Shown here in pieces: positions 26,394 to 38,600 of a stretch of 64,000 nucleotides of DNA. A model generated the notes under the pieces. That model was not told the DNA's origin and did not search any database. It was given only the letters and a program-made list of their open reading frames with translations. Made by a program: the position numbers and the translations under genes. Within the stretch, counting starts at the first letter, position 1. The number at the start of each line of letters is the position of its first letter. The stretch comes from Lingula anatina (Eukaryota > Animalia > Brachiopoda), in NCBI GenBank assembly GCA_051362555.1, contig CM120646.1:6634001-6698000 (forward strand), read 5' to 3'.

Positions 26394-26775
26394 TATATGA
26401 ATTCCTTGCTGTTGTTGTAAAAATTGTGCTTATTATCAAAAAGTATTTTAAAAATCGCTTAATATGACATAATAGAATTTCCACCATTATGTATTCAATT
26501 ACTCTAAACAGTTTATTGTATTTTGGTCAATTAAATTTTCTTGTTTCAGTAGCACGTATTTCTTTTAATGTACACTTCATTTTTATTTTCGAGAAGTCTA
26601 TTGGAAAACTGAACATCCGGATTTATATAGAATCGAATTTATCTTATTTCGGTCGGATGCTCGATTGAAAACATATATTTTAACTAATATGTTGTTTATA
26701 TAGTTATCTAATTTTTACAATAGAATGTTTATACATTACACCTAGTAATTTTTATTTTTATTTTTTATCTTCTAG

Positions 26776-27317
26776 AATTTACTAATGGAGAACAACCGAC
26801 CAAGAGAGCCAGGACGGCGTACACGAGCGCGCAGCTAGTTGAACTAGAAAAAGAGTTTCATTTTAACCGCTACTTATGTCGGCCAAGACGGATTGAAATG
26901 GCGGCATTGCTCAACCTCACAGAACGCCAGATCAAGATATGGTTTCAAAATAGACGCATGAAATTCAAAAAGGAACAGAAGCAAAAAGTCATGCTCGAAA
27001 AACAGCTTCAACATCACGCCAAAATGGAAGGCCTCCCCGGCAGCCCGACAGAAAACAAGGAGGCGCTGTCGTCGCTTCACGCATCACACCAGGTGGCGCA
27101 ACAGAACAACGCTTGCGCACTGAGCGCTGCTTCTATGAGCCAAAGTTTATCTCACTCACGGTCGCCGCTCGCGCACACTCCGCCAATGGCTGCGTCGTAC
27201 CCAGTCGCGTCGCAACCCCTCTCGCACCCTTCCGTTGGTAACTGTGGTCCTTTGAACGGGGCCTCGCCTTACTCTCAGGGGACGTATCACGGTCCACCGA
27301 AACTTGCTCATTTATGA
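26776..27317 (+). CDS. Hox3: Hox3 homeobox exon (homeodomain 26799-26978; C-terminal PPKLAHL*)
   Basis: Acceptor ttttttatcttctag|. Translation: [69 protein letters not shown], a diagnostic PG3 homeodomain. The C-terminus resembles the PKLTHL motif of Hox3 proteins. Spliced product is 330 aa from ATG 9822 (337 aa with the microexon). Confidence 0.97.
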
Positions 27318-27575
27318 CTAGAACAGGCACCCAATGCGCAAATGCCGTGGCACCAAACAGTTACTTAAAAGATGTCAGAACACAAGTACTTAAAGTTGAA
27401 AAAACAGGCATTAAAATATCGACAATATTGCGCAGGTGCGTCAAAGACAAGAAAGCGAGAAGATTGAACTCGATATGTATTCCATCGTCGTGTTAAAATA
27501 TGATAATTAGGTGGTGTCCTTTGGGCAAATCCGAAACTTTTTTACAGTGGCCAAATTGGTGGTTTTTGTTCATAG

Positions 27576-27588
27576 ACCTGACAGTATT
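27576..27588 (+). promoter_or_regulatory. Candidate miR-8 (miR-200 family) target site in the Hox3 3'UTR
   Basis: ACCTGACAGTATT is the reverse complement of nt 2-14 of protostome miR-8 (UAAUACUGUCAGGUAAAGAUGUC, recalled from memory). Confidence 0.55.
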
Positions 27589-27942
27589 TATATATAAAAA
27601 TGACAGGGGTTCCATGGTTCAAGCACCACTTAATGAGAGGCTACTAAGTACTGTCTGTATACACCAGTGAGCAGCGCATGCGTCAGAACGCATTTCTTCT
27701 ATGATAATACAGTGATGTTGTTCTCGTCAGTGTTCTATTTATTAAATTTTACCAATTAGGTGGATATTGTATACGTGTACTTTTCCTTATTGTAAATAGT
27801 AGGCTACGTGTTAGATATGATTGTACAGCATTCATTGGCGGGTTTCGATCTCTGACCTTTAACGATTTCACGAGAAGTACTTAAGCATTTTATAAAAATA
27901 TTCTGTTGCAATCGTATTGATTTTGTTCATGCATTATTGTAG

Positions 27943-28203
27943 CAATGGCGGATCCAGTGCACAAAGGGAACGTTTCTCTCCTTTATCTTCTGAGACGGAC
28001 CCTCCCCCCTCTCCCCCCCCCCCAAAAAAAATGTATATTTAACATTGCCTGCGAAACTAGACAACAGATAGCATTTTAGTTTCCTCACTTGCGTCTACAT
28101 GATATAATAAGAAATCTTTCGTATATCGTTTTATAAAGTGTATTATTCTTGTATAATTTTTGTTACGATACCCAATTCCAAGCAATGCCTGGATCCACCA
28201 GTA
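27943..28203. mobile_element. Degenerate MITE with (C)A.TGGCGGATCCAG-type termini, inside the predicted 3'UTR
   Basis: caatggcggatccag ... ctggatccaccagta imperfect inverted termini with an internal poly-C tract. Similar ends occur at 32383-32630. Confidence 0.45.
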
Positions 28204-30412
28204 TCTTCTAAAAATTGTATTAAAAATCTAGTGTGTTTTTGCGGATAAAATGGCGTTTCTATATGCAAACATTTCAGAAAGTAAGCTAAATTCATACTCT
28301 CAGTCGATATAATGTTTGTAGTAAGTTTATGTACCAAAAGGTATCAAACCATCTTTATTTCATAATATCATCATGTGTGTCCCAGTGTCAGGCAAACAGA
28401 TAATTTAACTTAGCCATTAAGGGGCTCTGTCTTCATGATTAACATAACATTGCACATGTTTAGTTGCTTAGACTTGATAAAACAACAGAGATAAAAGGAA
28501 AGATATTGTAATAGCCATGTTTTACATTTCCACTTACATGATACAATTTCAAAGGCAATGTTTTTCTTTTCTTGAACGTTGCAATTTCACAAGTTTAAAC
28601 ATGTTGAACATGTGTTACGACATACCAGATGGGCAAACGTCATGTTAGTCAGTCTAGCTAATGCTTTTTGCGTGTGCGTGAAATCGCCTTCTCTTACCAT
28701 TAGCATGCCATCATTATTTGCCAGTTTCACATTAGTTTACATTATAAACACGCTGAAATTTTTGTTACTGTTATACTATTATACATATGAACGGATTACA
28801 AATAACTCCTCCAGGAATTTTTACGTTTAGCAACATCGACAATAAGCACTAGTTGCTTTGTTTTTATGTATTATGAAAACCGTTTTCATATCGATAATAG
28901 ACTTGGAATGGATGTGAAATTAACAGGCATCACAAATGCCGGTTTCTGATAATTTTTCTTATTGAACTTAAAATTATATATAAAAGATAGCGTTACCAAT
29001 CAAAAATGCGGCAGGCATGAAACTGTGACAACTTTTTCAGTTCTGTTTCTCACTCTTAAAACTTGCCACAATGCATATTTTTGATTTTCTTTACATTGTT
29101 TTTGATGCTATTATTTCTCTTGTTTTGTGTGAAATCCAAGTGCCATTAGTTCTTAAGCTGCGATGGCTTCTTCTGCAAACATTATGACATCCTCATCGTA
29201 TCATACTTTTCATCATTTTAATAGACCACCCCGGTTTGCTGTAGTATCAATGTCGCCCACTACTACCCTTTAACTTCTATATTTTTCTCAAAATGCAGCA
29301 AGGCCAACTCATCAATCACATGACCAATCGCCCCGTGTGTCTTCAGAGGCACATGAAATGTTTGCGTGACATTGTGCATTATAGTAACACTGATGTTTTT
29401 TTCTTTCGTCCTTTGAGGTGGAGTGTCAGATAGTCCGTGGAGATAAAAACACACTTTCATCATAACACACCCCTATGAAACAATGCATTGCCTTTTTGAC
29501 CATACACCAGCAAGTAAGTCAAGGCCTCTATACTGTGTGTATATATATAACGATAAAAGCCTATTAATGGGACGGCATTGTACACCTAATACCTCAATTG
29601 CAGATACTGGAGTTTAATAACCCTCACCACACCCTGTTTATTATAGAACTAGTAAGCACTATTCTGGTTATGTTTTGTTAAATGTCATTGTAACCATCTA
29701 CAGCCTCCCTATCACTTTTTTATCATTGGTAAATGAGAATTTCAAAAATAATTGCAGCCCATCTTCCGTGCGTCATAAAAGAGGCCAAGGATCCAGAGCA
29801 TAGTGTACACTGAGGTGCTTAAGTTCCTAATGTTAAGTTTCTATCTTGACAAACAGAGTTTGAACAGTGACTCTTGCTTGGTAAGTGGTCATGGATGGGT
29901 GGGTTGATGATCCGAGTCCAAAAAAGAGTAATAACAATATTCAGCGTTCTGTGCACATTGCCCCGAATCACTAAACGGTGCGTTTTTCTTTTGAGAAAGC
30001 GACTGTTTTTGAAAATTTGGGAAATTTTAGTTTTTGTTTTGTACAAGGCCCACAGGCAAGCGCTTTTACAACGGTAGGCGTGTTATGTTGCATTTTGCCA
30101 AATCATCGAATACTGATACTTAAAGTTGGTAAATAAACGAATTACCAACTTGTTTTGTATATATAATTTGTTTAATTCATTAGCTTTTAGATGAAATTAT
30201 GCAGGCAAATCATCTGTATGGCTCTGTGAATACACTTTAACCCATCTCACTGTTCAGCTAGCTTTTCTTACATGTCTTTACATGTTTTTGAATAAAATAT
30301 CTCTAGGTCGGGTTTGAAGTGTACATAGTCAAATACTGTAAGTGTAATATGTACCCGTCTTCATGTGTATACGTTGTCACTGCTGTTCCTTTAGTCTGGA
30401 ATTTCCATTGAA

Positions 30413-30450
30413 AATAAATGTCGTCTAATATTATTTGGTTTTTGTATTGC
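30413..30450 (+). terminator. Candidate polyadenylation signal
   Basis: AATAAA at 30413-30418 followed ~15-30 nt later by tatttggtttttgtattg. Confidence 0.4.
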
Positions 30451-32382
30451 TCTATGTCCATTTAAATCTAATCAGTTATGTTTAATTAAAACTAATAGGT
30501 TGAAACAAATACTCAAATGTTCTATTTATCTTTAAAAAAGTTTAGTTAATACTGCTATTCATTTACTAAACATTTTGAAACACGAAACAGAATTATTTGA
30601 AAAAGATTTTTTTTTAATAAGAAGTACATTTTGTTAAGCAAATAATGAAATGTAGAAATATTGATGAACGCCAAACTCACTAAAAGTAAACTGTGTTTGG
30701 TGTGAAAAAATGGAGAAATACAACATAATTCCCAATAGAGAGCGACACCGTCATTTGTTGCTGTACGCAGATATCCGGTTTTGATCGATAGATGGCAGTA
30801 ATGTAGTTTTATTTTCTAATTTCTCCATGATGTAAACGTTTTTATAGCCTCGAACCGAGATGGACAGGACAGGCGAAACTGAATATGAATATTTTCAGTA
30901 TAAATGCATTGCACATCCGTTCTAACCAAACCTAGTTAAAACTAATGAGAAGTCATAAAATGCCCAACAAAACACTAAAAGCAGCAGTCGCCTATTTCTA
31001 ATATGTGCATACTATAGTACTGCTGGTTGGCATGATTGTGAGAATTTAACACAAATGCAGTAAAAAAAATGTGATGTTGTTAGTGCGACAGAGGAGCGTC
31101 TTTTAAATAATAAGCAAATAAACAAAATAAGTCATTCTGTATTTTTCAAGAGAGACTGAAGTCAGGACAGCATAGGCAATGAACAAGATACATTATGTTG
31201 ACATGTATCTTTATCGTTGACCATAGTTTTTACAAATTCTGCAAAAACCAGTTTCGGTTACCTAAAACTATTATATGGTATTTTCAGTTATATGAATATT
31301 TCGCTATTTACAGCTTAATTTGGCTTTAACAAGACAAGATAAGAACAAAAAAGGTGCATGACAGCACGTTTGAAACTGTATCTTTAAAGGATACTGAATG
31401 TCCGTCCATGCCGTTTATTTAACAATACATGACGCTGCACAAGATTTTCATATCCTCAATAATTCACCTCTTGAATAATCGTCGCTTGCAATGTTGTTGC
31501 TAAAGCACACAAAGACATGAGTATTGGAACGATGGAAACCATTTTGCCCTGGATTTTCAACTTTGCTGGGGTCGACCACCCCCTAGCAAAATATTGCAGT
31601 TCAATTTCCTTTGTAATATCACATTACAACCTTGGTGAAAAAATATTTTTTTCTTGGTCACGGTTGTATGGTTCAACAAAAAGGAGGAGTTCCCACCAAA
31701 CTACAACAATAAGTCCTGAACAATTTTACCTTTTCACGAGGGAGTCGGTTTCACTTAAACTGCCAAAAAGATGCTAAACAAATCGTCAGAAAAGAAAACA
31801 ATTTTTCACATATTTTGACACCAAAGCGCATTGGAAAGAAATGTTCCATTAAATTCAGACAAACATTTTACCTCCAAGGTTTAAGAATTGTGTAGTAATT
31901 GTTCGCATGAGATTGAATAGGTTACAAAATATTTGGAAAGATAAATGTATTCCGTCGCCCAATTGAATGGATCTCATTCTAACAACATTTCAAGTTTATA
32001 ATTTCATTAAGCTTGGCATGCAAGGGATATCAAATGCCATCACACGTGATATAATGCTTCTGATGTATAATTTCTATTTTGTGATGATTTTTTTTTTTGC
32101 AAAAGTGATCATAACTGGTCTATCCAGGGTAGCTAGTATGGGAAACCCAAACTATTTATTTGTTTATTTATTTGTTTATTTGTTTGTTTGTTTGTTTGTT
32201 CATTCTCCTCCCACTTTCAGAGGGAAGGGAACTGTAGAATAAAGTGCCATTTGTTACATCTTTCCTCTGAGGTCTCTACAGCGATTCTTTTCCTTCCCCT
32301 CTTATCAGTTTCTTCTCGTAGGGGGTTGGGAGTTCAATGCGCCAAGTTTATTTGTTTAGTGGAGCGGACCACCTGCCTCTGG

Positions 32383-32630
32383 CATTGGCGGATTTGGAAG
32401 AGGGGTTAGGTGGGTCCTCCCCTTCGATTTATGAAAAAATCAGACCAATGGTCCCTACTTGAATTTAGAATTTTTACTAGTTAAATTATGGTTCTAAACC
32501 GACCCAATTGGCATCGTCCGCCCTCTAACATACCACATTTTTTCGGGACCCCACACCAAAGGGGAGGAGGAGGTGAGGGTCAGTTTTGCATCTGCGGACC
32601 CCCTTTCAAATAATCCTGGATTCACCCCTG
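32383..32630. mobile_element. Degenerate MITE of the same GGCGGATCCAG-terminus type
   Basis: cattggcggatttggaagagggg ... cccctttcaaataatcctggattcacccctg: imperfect inverted termini with G-rich and C-rich subterminal tracts. Confidence 0.5.
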
Positions 32631-35600
32631 CCCTGGGGTCTGCTTATTAATGAACCGGTTATATTTTTTTGTGTCCCAGTTCTTACTATGTAATGCACCG
32701 TCATATAGGAGGTTTTCAAAAAAACTGTTGCTGACGAAGCCAAGAATGACGATGTTTATTGGAAGTGCTCAAAACCGGATGCAATATGGCATCGCTCATC
32801 ACTCATCACTCGTGATCATTCAGTTATTACGCTTGGACATCGTTTACCTTTTATTTCATTAAATGTTATCGTGATTTTGACAAAATGATAAATAATTTGC
32901 CAGGTAGCTAATGGATATGCTCGGACAGGGGTCTTCTTGATGTTGAATGCATGCGAAAACAACGGTTGATGAAAAGTAAACGATGTAAAACAAACATAAA
33001 TAATGTCTTAATGGATTCGTTTTAGATAAGTTATAATTATGATTTAATAGATTGTGTAAAAAGTGGGTATGGAGTTCTTATAATGCAACACCTAGCAGCA
33101 TGCAACTTGGTACAAGTAAACGCACGTGAATGAGATGCTCCTTTTTTGTTTTTGGTCAAATAATTAATAGCGATTATTACCATGCGAAAAGAACCATTTT
33201 AAAAGATGCCTTTCATTAGAGTGATGCTGAAAAAAATACATCTGTCCTCAGCAAAAAGAGTGTTAAAATTAAAGACACACATAAAAAATGACAACCGTTC
33301 TTTATGAGAGATTGACAGCTAACGAATGAGTCACAGCTCACAATTTTCTCAGCCCCCATGAGCAACAAAGCAGGGATGTGCGAGACAAAAACGATTACAA
33401 GTTTTCAAACTACCGTCACCTCTTGCTTATATTTGAACCTCACAAAATTTATCATTGGTTTCGTCACGCAAGACACGCTAACGGCGTCGACACCTGAAGA
33501 CTGACGCGTTTTGTAATAGCTGTGACGCAAACTATGAAACATGCTATTGCGCCTGTCCGTCTAAGTGAAACGTTTTTCTTGTCAAAATTACTGAACGGTC
33601 CATAAACTCTCGTGGGTAAAAATGATGATCTAAGGAGTTATTTTCACTATTGTAAGCGAATGTGAATATCTAACCAGTCACCTGGCATAAGGCGTTTTTC
33701 AGAGAGCCTGTTTGAATTTTTTCTTGTAACCTTTTTGTTAACGGCCTTGACGTAAACACAACTTCCTACTATTTACACGTAGACACATGTATATTTTAAC
33801 ACAGTTTCGTCGAAAAAAAAAACTTCTCCAAGGTTGTTGAACGTTTCCAAAGAACCCCTGGAAATCGTTTGTAGCGATAATGATAGTTCTCTTGTCAAGA
33901 AGATGTATTAGACTCGGACGTCTTACCTGTTTATTTCCGCCTTCTAGCTTGTACCTGGTGTTTCAATAGTCAAAGTTATTAGGAATTACACGTGTCCATA
34001 TTACTTGACAAATATCCGTCTAGCCACGAAAACCGCACATCTAAAATGCCATTATTTTCTCCTATGTAAATGCCATTGGTTCTATTTTAACAAAATTAAA
34101 TATTAGTACATATTTCAATGCGCTTCGTTATATTTTTGTTTGAATTTCTCTAACTCAATCGTGCTTACGTGTGTTTCAAAGGAGTGCAACATCTTTTGAA
34201 TAATCTAAAAGGATCGGATTACGTATTCTGATCAAAAGCCTTGCTCAAAAATAAACCTCTTGAATACACAAGGCAACATAAAAATACAGTTCATGTATTC
34301 TATCGTTAAAATGCATAGGATGATTTTGCTGTTTTAAAATAAAGCAATTATAACGATTGGTTGTTAAAAGATGACAGCGTTGCATAAAACAAAGCAATGT
34401 GCTGTGTTTCGTAATGGCATGGATTGCTGTGCACGGGTTTCAAAACTGAATCTACAAAACGTGACTTAGTCTTTTTTAGGGGGAAGATCAAAACACATTT
34501 TGCAAAAGTTCTAATTTAGTATTTGATACAAATATTTTGACCCTGCATAAAACATGTTTATACATCTATCTCAGTGTTTAACAATGTCTTTATTTTATAT
34601 CATTACATGAGTTGAGCTGGTGTCTGAACAAGAGGACGTGAGAGGGAAAGTTCAAGGAATAACTGTGTCAAATGTAATAAGAAATATAGAAAATAATAAA
34701 ATAATAAGAATAAAAATAGGGAATGGTAGTTGAAAACTTTTTTTGGAGGGTGGGGGGCGCCTAAACCGTGTCATTTGATGTTGGAGTAATATTGCTTCAA
34801 TCGGTCTGATGCACGAAGACTGCATGAGATCACGACTACAGTACTTCAAAAGATAAGTTGCAACAATGAAATGCTACAAAAGAAAATGAACACAAAAACT
34901 ACACCCACCACCCAGCGCTTGTTAATATAAAACAACGTTGTCCGAACGCCCTCAGAGCAGCTGCAAGTGCACACGTTTTCGTTTCAAAGACAGAGGCAAG
35001 CAAGAGACAGTCAACGAAGGGATGTAACGTTACACTACCCGCGCATGGTATAGACAACCTGCAACTCTCACGTAGGTCTCCGCCTAGAAACAACGGCACA
35101 ACAACGCACGCGCGTGTAATGACCTACGTCTAGCTACTACCCAATTCTGACAACAGTGTGTATTATTGTGTGAATTATATTTCTTTTTCAAGGAGTTCTT
35201 TCCCTCGGCCTTTTTTTATCGTCTCGTTTTACTAGAGGTAAAAGCTAAAAGTGCTGGCCGTCATCACGTGTAGCAAAGAGTGGCACCGGTTTGTCTGAAT
35301 TCAAACTGAAGGGATACTGGTCTACCGCTTTCTATGAACACATGCCTGTCTCACTTTACTGAGGGTAATTTCTCTGTTGCCATCTCTGAATGTAGTCCGG
35401 TAGGAATGTGCACTTTTTGAGCACAAAAAGAAATATATAAAAAAGGGAAAGGAAAAAACTTCAGCAAAGGACCTCAACATAGGCATATTGTCGGATTCAC
35501 TTACATTATTCCTCAAGTCTTTCACAGAGAGCCATCAGCCGAATTCTACGTTTGGATGCCCCTTTTAATTTGTCGATTTCTTCACGGACGCTGGCAGAAA

Positions 35601-38600
35601 ACGTGGACTCTACTCATGGACGTCTATATGCGCGTCACACTATAACTGGACATCGCCAAAATTCAGAATCCTTGGTAAGTTTATAAACGAGCGTTGCTAC
35701 CTATCGCACATGTATCATAATTAACGTTGTCTGTGCTTGCTTGGTATTCACGTTTGCTCATGTACGCTTAGAAGGTCTTTTCAAACGACAGTTTATCCTG
35801 GGGGTAGGGGATTGCTACTGTAAAAGTGACAAGGAGCCCCAAGGGGACAGGCTGAATGGGAGGGGGTATTTTACGGTAATTGCTGCAACAACTTTACCGA
35901 TATCTGGCACGTACGTCAGCATATTGTAATGTCTTGAATCATAACTATTGCTTTTAACTTGGATAAATCGTTTTCTATAACCAATGCTATTCTCCTGATT
36001 AGCATCCCTTGAATAGAAAAATTTTAGAAAATATTTTCATTCAAGACAATCAAATACTTATTATTTTTATTTTTGTCAAGCTAAACTCCATCTTAATATT
36101 ACCTGGCTTATAGCGTGGTACTTTCACTGTCGTTGACCTTTGAAATACTTTATTTAGGTTCTGCAATTACCGCAAAAGAAAAAATGTCAAGCAATATCAT
36201 ACAACCCAAAAAATATCGAGGAACTTTACAGTCTCTTGCTACTACCATGTCGTTTGTGGTTCATGTCTAAACCATTTATAAAAAGACAGACGAATTAAAA
36301 AATAAAATGTCATTGCCACGTGAAAGAAAACCCTGTCGTTTAGATAAAGACATATTAAAGCCTGATGTAATGTCTTGCTTGCTAACATTTACCGTTGACA
36401 TATTAGTATTCGTTAAGACAAAAAGAAGATTTAACTGGCATTATATGCAAATGTACTTTAACTCTGGAGATTTCGTAACCATACGCAAAATTTCGTGTTT
36501 CTGTACTGCAATGTCACATAAGTGAGAACTCGGATAACAACCTCTCAGTCAGTGGGGCTATACCTGTGAACTATTGCTTGGCTCTTAGAAAAAAGTCAAT
36601 TCTGCCCATGCACTATGAGAAATAACGTGTATCTTGACTTTTCATACACGGATAATGTTAACTTGTTTCATAAAAATAACAATATAATAATAATTATAAC
36701 AATTATTATTATTATTATTATTATTATTATTGGTACTTTATTTTTACTTCAACGTCGTGACAATAAACATTTATAAAGTAAAAAAGTAAGATAAAGCACG
36801 TATATAAAGCTTATTACTATTACAAGTATCCTAACAATCTCCCACCACATCGATTCATATTGAAAAATTTACTCTGGCGTTTTTTGTGTATATTTTGCAG
36901 TTATTAAAAATATGAAGATCAAGCAAAGGCGGCGTTAACAGGACTTTTTAAGGGATAAACATGTACATTGTGATCTTATCATTTGATTGTGTGTTTGATT
37001 AAACCATAATCTTGAAGAAATGTTGCAAGGAAGAAAAAACAAAAAAAGAAAACAAAAGCCACACGTTTCCCCCTAAATCAAAAAAAAAAAAAAAATGGGG
37101 GGGGGGGGGGGTACAGATGCGCGGGTATGCTACGATATATACAAAAAGGCTTTCGTAATTACTTAAATCAAAAACACAATAACCTGAGACTTATATTTGC
37201 AGAATTACGAGCTAATATGTACTTATCCTCTACAATCTTGTAAAACATCGTTTTATTTGTAAGTTTGATTGGTTATTCCAACACTTCGTTCATTGCTGGA
37301 CGCAATAAGCTCTTGATTGAACATAATCTGTCATTCTGCTGCTCGTCTCTTTTACTCGAACTTAAAACGCTGTCATATTCCAACACATATTTTATGTCCA
37401 CCCTTTCCGTTTTTCTATTCCCCGATGATATTTTATTAATTCCGACTTATTGATCACGGCTTGTAATCGGATGTGATTCTGAAAGCTGCGAAGTGATCAG
37501 TTTAGTCCTCTGTCTGATTGGCGGCTGTTCGGTTCTACTACAGCGAATATGCATCGTAGCCGAGTTAATGTGTAACTAAAACGCTCAAGCCGAGGGTAGA
37601 CCACAGATGAAGAAGACTGACATAAGACGTCGGGTTTGAATCATTTTCGAAAAAAAGGTATGCAATTTTATCTAATCAGGTTGGAAAGACAGTAGAAACG
37701 ATAAAGATGAATTCGCACAGAGTATGGTTTTAGACATGGTGATATGTTGATAGAATTGGCATTTGGAATATAAGTTATAGGGAATAGAAAATTGGGTACC
37801 GTTTTTTGTCATATGTTATGAACGTTGTGGTTGAAAGCCACGTCAAATTGCTTTAAGAAACCGATCGTTTTAGCTCAGTTGTCAAAACGTACGAGTAAGT
37901 CTTGGAATTGGGAATCCGTCTTTCTCTTTCCTTTATTTTCTCTTATTTTGAAATGATTGGCTTCAATGCACAAAAAATATCGATGTATATGTACATATCA
38001 TATTGATGTTGGGTGTTGCATTAGCCACCTAATGGTTTTAAAGAGTAAGTGAACCTTTACTTTACATATACCCAGGTCCATATATCAGCATTTTGGCCTA
38101 CATATACATGTACGGTAGGTGCCACAAGCGCATATCAATAACGTTCTCTTTACAACTGAAACTATCTGTAATTACTTTAACTATACACTATACTGGTATG
38201 TGGATAAACTTGTCTCAGCTTTCCAGCAACTGAGGAGTTATGTCCTTCACCGCGTCTACAACCGTGTTACGTCACTGTAACTATTGACGGTTCGACGTTG
38301 TTTATCATCATTATCGTTACTGCTGTTGGTTTATGGTGGTGAACTGAGATTCGATACCAAGGCCTTGTTTTGCGATTCACATATCAGTGAATGCATGAGC
38401 GAATGTGTAAATATTTCTGAAAATGTTTCGCTTATGTGAATACTTTTTTAGGTAAATATGTATGCTGTCCAACAAATTTTTGTATGCCAATCCATATTGC
38501 CATATTGTCATAGAAGATAAGGTTTCATCCAATAAAAAAAATGCGGGTCCATCTTGCGGAATTTTATACACCCAGAATCATATCCTAAAACGCAAAAAAA

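Larger units (their letters stand above)
27318..30440 (+). other. Predicted long Hox3 3'UTR
   Basis: Follows the stop codon. AATAAA at 30132, 30291 and 30413; the last is followed by a T/GT-rich downstream element. The end is not demonstrable from sequence alone. Confidence 0.4.
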
